A stretch of 64,000 nucleotides of DNA from an uncultured Planctomycetales bacterium. GTDB lineage: Bacteria > Omnitrophota > Gorgyraeia > Gygaellales > Profunditerraquicolaceae. The position numbers and the translations under genes were made by a program. The notes below the pieces were generated by a model, which made no database searches, was not told the DNA's origin, and saw only the letters and a program-made list of their open reading frames with translations. This document shows, piece after piece, positions 52,555-60,459 of the stretch. The stretch covers positions 62,001-126,000 of the forward strand of contig CAZAPM010000002.1 of assembly GCA_964487475.1 (NCBI GenBank). The letters are read 5' to 3'. Position 1 is the stretch's first letter. The number at the start of each line of letters is the position of its first letter.

Positions 52555-53462
52555 TCTCCGCGGTCGTGCTCACGGGGGGTAGGCGAGAGCTGCTTTCGGG
52601 ATGTTTGGCTTCCTTGCGGATGCAGGATCATCCCGGGTGCGAAGTGGTGGTGGTGGATAATGCGCCGGGTGCGGGGATAGGGGCGCTGGCCAGGCAGGAG
52701 ATCCCTTCCGTGCGTGTGGTAGTGATGGCTGCGCCGGCGAGTTTTTCGGAGGGGATGAATGCGGGGATCGCCGTTGCCCAAGGTCAGATCATCGCCTGTT
52801 TGAATGACGATGTGGAGCTGGAGCGGGATTTCTTTTCCCGGGCCAGTGCGGGGTTCGCGGTCGACGCACGCATCGGTATGGTCACGGGCAGGGTGTTGCG
52901 CCGTGACCGCGTGACGATCGATTCTACCGGGTTAAGCGTAAGCGTCTGGGGAACGGCCCGGGAACGCGGGTATGGTCGCGAGGCGTGCGGCAGGTATCTG
53001 CGGCCGGGATACGTTTTCGGGGTGACCGGCGCAGTGGGGCTCTTCCGCAGGGAAATGCTGGAGGAGGTACGGGAAGAGGGAGGTTATTTCGATCCGCGAT
53101 TCCCCTTTTTCTACGAGGACCTCGATCTTTCCTGGCGCGCGCAGCGCAGGGGATGGAAGGGGTACTACGTACCGGATGCGGTGGCGTATCATTTTCGCGG
53201 GGCGACGGTGCGGCGGGCGGGAGGGGAGGGCAAGCCTCGAGCCCGGCAGTATCTCGACGACAAGAGATATGCCGCGTTGATCGTAGGCCGCAGGCGCTGT
53301 CTGGAAAAAAATCAGCACGCGTTCTCGCGCGCGGTACACGCTCCGTTCCAGATGGCGTACAGCGCTGCGGAGTGGCTGCTGGCGCGGGCCACGAGGCCGC
53401 AGGCGCTGCGCGTGGCGCGCGCGGCATTGTCAAAGCCGGGGTCATCCGCTATAATCGAATAA
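52551..53462 (+). CDS. GT2 glycosyltransferase (rhamnosyltransferase-like)
   Basis: VVDNA, GMNAG, LNDD, FFYEDLDLSWR, H..G.T. Confidence 0.88.
   Translation: MISAVVLTGGRRELLSGCLASLRMQDHPGCEVVVVDNAPGAGIGALARQEIPSVRVVVMAAPASFSEGMNAGIAVAQGQIIACLNDDVELERDFFSRASAGFAVDARIGMVTGRVLRRDRVTIDSTGLSVSVWGTARERGYGREACGRYLRPGYVFGVTGAVGLFRREMLEEVREEGGYFDPRFPFFYEDLDLSWRAQRRGWKGYYVPDAVAYHFRGATVRRAGGEGKPRARQYLDDKRYAALIVGRRRCLEKNQHAFSRAVHAPFQMAYSAAEWLLARATRPQALRVARAALSKPGSSAIIE
53427..53455 (+). promoter_or_regulatory. sigma70 promoter embedded in the 3' end of the GT2 gene
   Basis: TTGTCA-17 bp-TATAAT, 11 nt before ATG 53467. Confidence 0.65.
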
Positions 53463-53466
53463 AGCC

Positions 53467-55185
53467 ATGCATGATTTTACCGAGCAGAATATCCTGGTCT
53501 TCCTGGTGCAGCTGTTCCTGCTTTTGGGGCTGGCCAGGCTCGGGGGCGAACTGTTCCGGCGCTGGAAACAGCCTGCGCTGACCGCCGAGATCCTGATCGG
53601 CGTGCTGCTCGGGCCGACGGTGTTCGGCAGGCTTTCCCCTTCCTGGTATGAGCGGGTGTTCCCTTCCGACCCCTTTCAGCAGGGGATGCTGGGCACGCTG
53701 GCCTGGCTCGGGCTTTTCTTCTTCCTTCTGGAAACCGGCCTTAAGATGGACTTCTCCGCGGCCTGGCGCCACCGCGGCAACGCCCTGAAGATCGCGGTCG
53801 CGGATATCATCGTGCCCATGGGGCTGGGTTTTGCGTTGTGCATGCTCCTGCCGGACCGTTTCCTGGTAGACCCTTCGCAGCGGGTGCTTTTCTCGTTATT
53901 CATGGCGACGGTGCTGACGATCAGCGCCATGCCCATCACCATCCGCGCCCTTTCCGACCTCAATATCGCCAAGACCGATTTAGGGTACCTGATCATGTCG
54001 GCGCTTTCCGTCAACGAGATCATCGGCTGGGTGATCTTTGCCTTCGTCCTGGGGGCGTTCTCGCATTCGCACGTCGATCCCTGGAGGGTGGTGGCGCTTT
54101 CCGCCGGGGTGGTGGTCTTTACCGCGGTGTGCCTTTCCGCGGGCCGCCGGGTATCCGGCGCGGTCATCTCCCGCATCCGCGCCTGGGGGATGCCCGAGCC
54201 GGGCACGTCGCTTACGTTCATCTGCCTGCTGGGATTCCTCTGCGGAGCGTTCTTTCAGAAGATCGGGTTGCATGCGCTGCTGGGGTTCTTCATTGCCGGG
54301 GTAATGGTCGGGGAAGCGCGGGAGCTGCCGGAGCGCACCCGGCAGGTGATCTCCCAGATGGTCTATGCGTTGTTCGTGCCCCTCTTTTTCGTAGGCATCG
54401 GGTTGCGGGTGGATTTTTTGAGGAACTTCAACGTCTGGCTGGTGGTCTTCGTGACTCTGGTGGGCGTGTTCGGGAAATTCCTGGGCGCCTGGCTGGGGGC
54501 GTTGTTCACGACGCTTTCCCGGGCGAACCGGCTGCCTTTGGCGATCGCGCATACTCCCGGCGGGTCCATGGAGATCATCATCGCCATCCTGGCCCTGGAG
54601 TACGGATTGATCGATGAGCCGATGTTCGTGGCCATCGTGGTGGCCGGGATCATCTCTTCCGCAATGCTGGGGCCGTGGCTCAAGTATTCTCTGACCCGCC
54701 GCAAAGAGGTCAGCGCCCTGGAGCTTTTTACCAGCCATGAAGTGGTCGTTTCCCTCAAAGCGACGACGAAGGAAGAGGCGATCGCGGAGCTCTGCCAGGT
54801 CGCCGCGGAGCCGCAGAACATGCCCAATGCCCAGGCGCTGGCGGCGCAGGTGTGCGAGCGGGAGGCGCTGATGAGCACCGCGATGGAGGAGGGGATCGCG
54901 CTGCCGCACGCAAGGCTGCGTTCCCTGATCAAGCCCTTGATCGTATTCGGCCGCTCTGTCCGGGGGGTGGAGTGGAATTCTTCCGACGGCAAACCCGCCC
55001 AGCTGATCTTCCTGATCCTGACCCCCCGCGATGACGACGAAGTCCAGGTGCAGGTGCTGCGTATCCTGGCCAAGACCCTTTCCGATGAGTCGTTGCGCCG
55101 CAGCCTGCTGGAGGCTGCGAGCCGCGAAGACCTCTGGCAGCTTTTGCACCGCTCCCTCACTTCCCACCGCATCATCCGCAACTAG
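53467..55185 (+). CDS. CPA2 cation/H+ antiporter fused to a PTS EIIA (Fru/Ntr-type) domain
   Basis: EILIGVLLGP, LGFFIAG, PLFF..IG TM core; C-terminal RE...ST...GIALPHAR phospho-His motif. Confidence 0.88.
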   Translation: MHDFTEQNILVFLVQLFLLLGLARLGGELFRRWKQPALTAEILIGVLLGPTVFGRLSPSWYERVFPSDPFQQGMLGTLAWLGLFFFLLETGLKMDFSAAWRHRGNALKIAVADIIVPMGLGFALCMLLPDRFLVDPSQRVLFSLFMATVLTISAMPITIRALSDLNIAKTDLGYLIMSALSVNEIIGWVIFAFVLGAFSHSHVDPWRVVALSAGVVVFTAVCLSAGRRVSGAVISRIRAWGMPEPGTSLTFICLLGFLCGAFFQKIGLHALLGFFIAGVMVGEARELPERTRQVISQMVYALFVPLFFVGIGLRVDFLRNFNVWLVVFVTLVGVFGKFLGAWLGALFTTLSRANRLPLAIAHTPGGSMEIIIAILALEYGLIDEPMFVAIVVAGIISSAMLGPWLKYSLTRRKEVSALELFTSHEVVVSLKATTKEEAIAELCQVAAEPQNMPNAQALAAQVCEREALMSTAMEEGIALPHARLRSLIKPLIVFGRSVRGVEWNSSDGKPAQLIFLILTPRDDDEVQVQVLRILAKTLSDESLRRSLLEAASREDLWQLLHRSLTSHRIIRN

Positions 55186-55238
55186 GGACGCCCCTAAAGG
55201 GGACACCCCTAGGGGTGTCCCCTTTAGGGGCGTCCCTA
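55183..55238. repeat. Perfect 56-bp palindrome (REP-like element)
   Basis: TAGGGACGCCCCTAAAGGGGACACCCCT|AGGGGTGTCCCCTTTAGGGGCGTCCCTA: 28-bp arms with no spacer. Confidence 0.95.
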
Positions 55239-55245
55239 ATAACGC

Positions 55246-55274
55246 TTGCGCGTGATCCGGGACGGGCCTATAAT
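55246..55274 (+). promoter_or_regulatory. sigma70 promoter of the trehalose cluster
   Basis: TTGCGC-17 bp-TATAAT, then a leader with hairpin TCCGGGG-TCTT-CCCCGGA and AGGAGG RBS. Confidence 0.65.
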
Positions 55275-55370
55275 AGAAACAACAACAAAGGGTCCGGGGT
55301 CTTCCCCGGAGGAGCGTCACAATGGTCGGGCCGCCATCTTGTATCTCACACCGCAGGAGGCGGTTTTTCT

Positions 55371-57602
55371 ATGAAAAGAGTACTCCTGTTTCTCCTTCCC
55401 ATCCTACTTATAGTCACCATCGTATTCTCTATTTTTGGGATCACGCAGATCCGGGTCACCGAAGAAAGTCTTTTGGATGACCTGACCCGTAAAGCCCGCA
55501 CCGTCGACGAAAGTCTCATTTTTTCTCTGAAGCGCATTCTTCGGGAAAAGGACATGGTCTCTGCTCAATTGCTGGCAGAGATGTTTCAGAAGAGAGAGCG
55601 TCTGCAGGGCGCCGCCATATATGACCGCGAGGGTAATTTACTGGCGGTCACCGAGCGGATGAGCACGTGGGCGCATAAGGAAAAACCGTATGTGCGGGAC
55701 GTGCTGGCGACCGGCCAGCCGCGGGGAGCGCTGGAGAAGTTCGGGGCGTTGACCGTGTACAGCTATATCGCTCCGGTGCTGGACGAAGAGCAGTCCATCC
55801 TCGGTCTCTCCGAGGTTATCTACGACACGGGGTATCTGTTCACTTCTCTTGCAAGGCTGTGGAAACAGATGAGCATTACCCTGCTGGTGATGCTTTTTTT
55901 ATTGACCGCGATCGCGGTGTTGATCCAGCGGCAGATCTTCATCATGCCGGTACGCCGCCTTACGCAGTGGTTCATGCGTTTTCAGCGGGGGGAGACCGAC
56001 GCGCTGCGTCCTTTCGAGGAGAAAGGGGAGTTTGGCAAGCTGGTCAGCGAGGTCGAGCAGGTCGCGCTCGGGCTGCGGGTGGCGCGAAAGGTGGTTACGG
56101 ATGAGGCTTCGGTCAGGGTGCGCAAAGAAGAATTCTGGACCGAGGCAAAACTGCGGGACCTGGTGCAGGCTAAGCTCGGGGAGAACGGGCTTTTCGTGGT
56201 CTCGAACCGTGAGCCGTTCATGCACGTGCTGGATGAGATCTCCGGGGAGACGCAGTGTCTTCGTCCAGCCAGTGGTGTGGTCACGGCCATCGATCCGATC
56301 ATGCGCGCCTGCGGTGGTACGTGGATCGCGCACGGCTCTACCGGAGAAGACAGGCGTTTCGTCAACTCCAAGGATAAGCTGGGCGTGCCGCCAGACGATA
56401 TCCGCTATATCCTGAAGCGGGTGTGGCTGACCAAACAGGAAGAAGAGGGGTATTATTTCGGATTTTCCAACGAAGGGATCTGGCCCCTGTGCCATGTGAC
56501 GCATACCCGCCCGATCTTCCGCGAAACGGACTGGGAGTGGTATAAAAAGGTGAACCAGAAATTCGCCGACGCGGTGCTCGCCGAGCTCCCCTCCAAGCCG
56601 CCTTTCATCTTCATTCAGGATTATCATTTCACGCTCTTGGGGAAACTGATCAAGGAGAAGCGTCCCGATGCGACCATCGCGATGTTCTGGCATATCCCCT
56701 GGCCCAACCCCGAGGTCTTCGCGATCTGTCCTTATCAGCATGAGATACTCGAGGGGATGCTGGGATGCGACCTCATCGGATTCCATGTGCAATATCACTG
56801 TAATAATTTCCTGGATACGGTCAATCGGCTTACCGAGAGCCGGGTAGATACGGAGAAGTTCAGCGTAGTGCGGAACAACCGGGAGACCCTGGTGCGGGCA
56901 TTTCCCATCAGCGTTGAGGTGTCAACGCCGGAACATCCGCGCAGCGATGCGGTGGCGATGGAGCGGATACGCCGGGAGTTCCATCTCCAGGATAAGTTGG
57001 TGGCGGTAGGCGTGGACCGTATTGATTATACCAAGGGGTTGGTGGAGCGTATTCTGGCGGTGGACCGTTTTCTGGAAAAGAATCCGCAGTACCGGGGCAA
57101 ATTCGTGCTGCTTCAGCTGGCCGCGCCCTCGCGCGCGCATATCAAGCGGTATCATGACCTGATCGGGGAGATCGACGAGCTGGTGGAAAAAAAGAACTGG
57201 AAGTACGCCGAAGGTACCTGGAAGCCTATCGTTTATCTGAAGCGGCATTTTTCCCCGGAGGATATCCAGCCGTATTTTTCTCTTGCAGATATGTGTATCG
57301 TCAGCTCCCTGCATGACGGTATGAACCTGGTGGCTAAGGAGTATGTGGCCGCCAGGCATGGGAGGGAGGGCGCTTTGATCCTGAGCCGTTTTACCGGCGC
57401 AGCTCGGGAGCTGACCGATGCGTTTCTGGTCAATCCGTATGCCATCGAGGAATTCGCGGATTCGATCAAAGCGGCGTTGGAGATGGACCCCAAGGAGAAA
57501 GTACGGCGTATGGAGGCGATGTACAAGATCGTCCGGGATAACAATGTGTACCGTTGGGCCGCCTCCATCATCAACGAGTTGACGGCGCTTAAAAAAGGGT
57601 AG
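55371..57602 (+). CDS. otsA: Trehalose-6-phosphate synthase with N-terminal TM-sensor-TM-HAMP module
   Basis: GT20 motifs VSNREP, QDYH, FWHIPWP, VDRIDYTKG, DGMNLVAKEY; preceded by two TM helices and a HAMP-like PVRRL...EFGKL segment. Confidence 0.9.
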   Translation: MKRVLLFLLPILLIVTIVFSIFGITQIRVTEESLLDDLTRKARTVDESLIFSLKRILREKDMVSAQLLAEMFQKRERLQGAAIYDREGNLLAVTERMSTWAHKEKPYVRDVLATGQPRGALEKFGALTVYSYIAPVLDEEQSILGLSEVIYDTGYLFTSLARLWKQMSITLLVMLFLLTAIAVLIQRQIFIMPVRRLTQWFMRFQRGETDALRPFEEKGEFGKLVSEVEQVALGLRVARKVVTDEASVRVRKEEFWTEAKLRDLVQAKLGENGLFVVSNREPFMHVLDEISGETQCLRPASGVVTAIDPIMRACGGTWIAHGSTGEDRRFVNSKDKLGVPPDDIRYILKRVWLTKQEEEGYYFGFSNEGIWPLCHVTHTRPIFRETDWEWYKKVNQKFADAVLAELPSKPPFIFIQDYHFTLLGKLIKEKRPDATIAMFWHIPWPNPEVFAICPYQHEILEGMLGCDLIGFHVQYHCNNFLDTVNRLTESRVDTEKFSVVRNNRETLVRAFPISVEVSTPEHPRSDAVAMERIRREFHLQDKLVAVGVDRIDYTKGLVERILAVDRFLEKNPQYRGKFVLLQLAAPSRAHIKRYHDLIGEIDELVEKKNWKYAEGTWKPIVYLKRHFSPEDIQPYFSLADMCIVSSLHDGMNLVAKEYVAARHGREGALILSRFTGAARELTDAFLVNPYAIEEFADSIKAALEMDPKEKVRRMEAMYKIVRDNNVYRWAASIINELTALKKG

Positions 57603-57607
57603 CGGAT

Positions 57608-58432
57608 ATGGAGGATTTGAAGCGGGCTTGGCCGAAGATCGCAAAAAAAGCGGCCGGGAAAAATCTTTGCGTATTCCTGGATTTTGACGGGACGCTGGCG
57701 CCTATAGCGCTTACGCCGGAATCGGCGGAGCTGCCCCGCGAAACGCGTTCTTTCCTGGAGGCATTGGCTGCCCGGCCGCAGAAGGTGAAAGTGGCGGTGA
57801 TCAGCGGGCGTTCTTTGCATGATGTGCGCCAGAAGGTCGGGGTGCCGGGCATTATTTATTCCGGCAACCACGGATTTGAATTGGAAGGCCCGAAGATGCG
57901 ATTTGCAACTTCTTTGATGAAAGAATATGCGCGGCTTATGCGTAAGATCGAGCGCGAACTTGAGCGTTCCGTTGCCAGGATAGACGGAGTCCGCATCGAA
58001 AACAAGGGTGTTTCGGTGAGCGTGCATTACCGGCAGGTGGCGATCGATCGTCGCGGCGAGGTCTCTGCCGCTGCGCAGGAGGTACTGCGGCCATACGCGG
58101 AAAAAGGAAATGTCCGGGTGCGCGGGGGGAAGATGGTAGTCGAGGTCGTTCCGGGGAAAGGCTGGGATAAGGGGCGTATCGTGTTGTGGCTGCTAAGCCG
58201 AGAGGTTTTTGCGGCCGACGGCCGGGAGCCCGCAGTATTCTACTTCGGGGACGATGAGACGGATGAAGATGCGTTCGCGGCTCTGCATGGCAAGGGAGTA
58301 ACGGTCCTGGTCGGCGAACGCGCCGCCACGCATGCGAACTATTATCTGCGGACGCCGCAGGATATGGTGTGGGTTTTGCGGGAGTTGCTGGAATTATCGG
58401 GAGGTGCGGGGCATGGAGCAAATCGCGGTTAA
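57608..58432 (+). CDS. otsB: Trehalose-6-phosphate phosphatase (HAD)
   Basis: FLDFDGTL, ISGR, GNHG, HYR, WDKG, GDDETDEDAF. Confidence 0.93.
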   Translation: MEDLKRAWPKIAKKAAGKNLCVFLDFDGTLAPIALTPESAELPRETRSFLEALAARPQKVKVAVISGRSLHDVRQKVGVPGIIYSGNHGFELEGPKMRFATSLMKEYARLMRKIERELERSVARIDGVRIENKGVSVSVHYRQVAIDRRGEVSAAAQEVLRPYAEKGNVRVRGGKMVVEVVPGKGWDKGRIVLWLLSREVFAADGREPAVFYFGDDETDEDAFAALHGKGVTVLVGERAATHANYYLRTPQDMVWVLRELLELSGGAGHGANRG

Positions 58433-59087
58433 GCCCTTTCGTTTTTTTACCCGGATGCACTTGACGGAGCTGACCGGCCTGCGAGCTACTACCTTGGGGC
58501 AGCTGGCAGCGTTGCTGCGCCGGGTGCCCGGAGCCAGTATTTATCACCACACGCATAGGTTCCTGCAGCAGCATCTGTACGTGAATCCCGAACCTCCGAA
58601 TGATTTCGCCTATTGGGTCAGCGAAGCGTTGGGAGAGGATGACCTGGGAGAGAGGCTGGCCAGCGTTGATATCGTGCGTTTCGATACCATCCGGGCGCTG
58701 CGCGAAAGCTTTGTCGAGGCTATCGAGACGCACCTGAAAGCGCATTTCCTTGCGCGGTTTTCCGCAGCCAAGGCCGGGGAAGAGTTTCATTTTATGAAGT
58801 CGGTCAGCTTCGTATTCCCGACACGGTTCGAGGCCTCTACTCCGCAGGAGTTTGTGGAGGCGCTCGGGCGATTGACGCTGGATTCGATCTATTTCCATAT
58901 GTTCGAATCAAGGCTGAGGCTGGGGAAGGAAACCAATGATTTTTCCCATTGGTTCGAGACTTCCCTTGGTAACCGGGACGCGGCTCGGGCGTTATCCCGC
59001 CTTGACCCGTACACCTTTACCCTCGATTCCCTGCGCGCAAAGATCATAGAAACGATCATCAAGGAGTATCCCGATGTCAAAGCTTGA
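58413..59087 (+). CDS. DUF5752-like protein (two internal repeats), TreT-associated
   Basis: Duplicated SIY.H...NDF..W....LG...A.L..[LV]D motif; overlaps otsB and treT. Confidence 0.75.
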   Translation: MEQIAVKPFRFFTRMHLTELTGLRATTLGQLAALLRRVPGASIYHHTHRFLQQHLYVNPEPPNDFAYWVSEALGEDDLGERLASVDIVRFDTIRALRESFVEAIETHLKAHFLARFSAAKAGEEFHFMKSVSFVFPTRFEASTPQEFVEALGRLTLDSIYFHMFESRLRLGKETNDFSHWFETSLGNRDAARALSRLDPYTFTLDSLRAKIIETIIKEYPDVKA

Positions 59088-60288
59088 AGAATATGCGCCT
59101 ATCGTCGGCCAATCGGTAGTCGATGAGGTAAGGCTCCTGGCGCAGCGGCTTTCGGGGAAACGGGTGCAGCATGTGAACTCGACCGCGGTAGGCGGGGGGG
59201 TGGCCGAGATCCTTACCCGCATGGTCCCGCTGCTCAACGAGCTGGGCGTGTCGACCCGCTGGGATGTGATCAAGGGCGGTGCACAGTTCTTCGAGGTGAC
59301 GAAAAAATTCCATAATGTGCTCCATGGCAGGACCGACGAGGTCACTCCCAGGGATTTTGAAGTGTTCATGGAGACCAGCCGGCAGAATATCGCTTCTCTG
59401 GAGACGGCCGGGGATATCATGTTTATCCACGATCCCCAGCCGATCGCCCTGGTACGTAAAAAGGCGGGGAACAAGTGGATCTGGCGCTGCCACATCGATG
59501 TGTCCGCTCCCCACCCTAAGGTATGGAGATTCCTGATGGATTTCATAGGGGAGTATGACGCGACGGTATTCTCCGCGCCTGGATTTTCCCAGCGTTTGCC
59601 GGTGCGGCAATTCCTCATCGCTCCCTCGATCGATCCCCTAAGCGATAAGAATAAGGAGCTTGCGCCGGAGTACGTCGATTCCGTGTTGCGTAAGTACGGG
59701 ATACCGAATGATAAGCCGATCGTGACGCAGATCTCCAGGTTTGACCGGCTCAAGGACCCTTTGGGGGTGATCGAGGTGTTCCTGAAGGTGAAAAAGTACG
59801 TCGATTGCCGGCTGGTGCTGGCCGGCGGCGGGGCTTCGGATGACCCGGAAGGGGCACAGGTCTTGGCCGAGGTTAACGAGCGGGCGAAAGCCGATCCCGG
59901 CAATATCCATGTGCTGCTTTTGCCGCAAAACGACCTGGAGGTCAATGCGCTGCAGCGCGCTTCGACCGTGATCATGCAGAAATCCCTGAAGGAAGGTTTT
60001 GGGTTGACCGTATCCGAGGCGTTGTGGAAAGCCCAGCCGGTGGTCGCTTCCCGGGTAGGGGGGATCCCGCTTCAGGTCTCCCACAAATATTCGGGGCTGT
60101 TATGCCGATCCATTGAGGGCGCAGCCTTTGCGTTGAAGCAGCTGCTTAACAGTCCTTCCTATGCGCGCACGCTCGGAGAACGGGGCCGCGAGCATGTGCG
60201 GAACAATTTTCTGCTCACCCGCCACTTAAAGGAATACCTTTTACTTTTTCTCTCCCTGTACCATTCCGACGACATCGTTTCTCTTTAG
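59074..60288 (+). CDS. treT: Trehalose synthase TreT-like GT4 glycosyltransferase
   Basis: VNST..GGGVAEIL, IHDPQP, WRCHID, ISRFD..KDP, EGFGLTVSEALWK. Confidence 0.88.
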   Translation: MSKLEEYAPIVGQSVVDEVRLLAQRLSGKRVQHVNSTAVGGGVAEILTRMVPLLNELGVSTRWDVIKGGAQFFEVTKKFHNVLHGRTDEVTPRDFEVFMETSRQNIASLETAGDIMFIHDPQPIALVRKKAGNKWIWRCHIDVSAPHPKVWRFLMDFIGEYDATVFSAPGFSQRLPVRQFLIAPSIDPLSDKNKELAPEYVDSVLRKYGIPNDKPIVTQISRFDRLKDPLGVIEVFLKVKKYVDCRLVLAGGGASDDPEGAQVLAEVNERAKADPGNIHVLLLPQNDLEVNALQRASTVIMQKSLKEGFGLTVSEALWKAQPVVASRVGGIPLQVSHKYSGLLCRSIEGAAFALKQLLNSPSYARTLGERGREHVRNNFLLTRHLKEYLLLFLSLYHSDDIVSL

Positions 60289-60358
60289 GGACGCTCCGCA
60301 GAAGGCGGAGCACCGGCCACAACAAATAAGGCCGAGTGCCCCTAAAGGGGACACCCCT
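60286..60358. repeat. Half copy of the 55183 palindrome interrupted by a 45-nt double-hairpin insert
   Basis: TAGGGACGC-[TCCGCAGAAGGCGGAGCACCGGCCACAACAAATAAGGCCGAGTGC]-CCCTAAAGGGGACACCCCT. Confidence 0.85.
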
Positions 60359-60459
60359 GAAAGCCTTTTCTTAAAGCGGGTCCGAGGCTATTGTTCTTAC
60401 CTCTATATATGGCATACTTTTATGGTATAGTCTTCACGACAACCAAGAGGGCCTTCGTC

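Noticed and set aside
38188..53462. Glycan cluster as an island integrated at tRNA-Asp
   Set aside because: No integrase and no duplicated tRNA 3' end were seen at the far boundary. Horizontal origin cannot be excluded without composition analysis.
55215..55370. N-terminal extension of OtsA from the ORF-track start at 55215
   Set aside because: It starts inside the palindrome and spans the promoter; ATG 55371 has an AGGAGG RBS and begins the TM segment.
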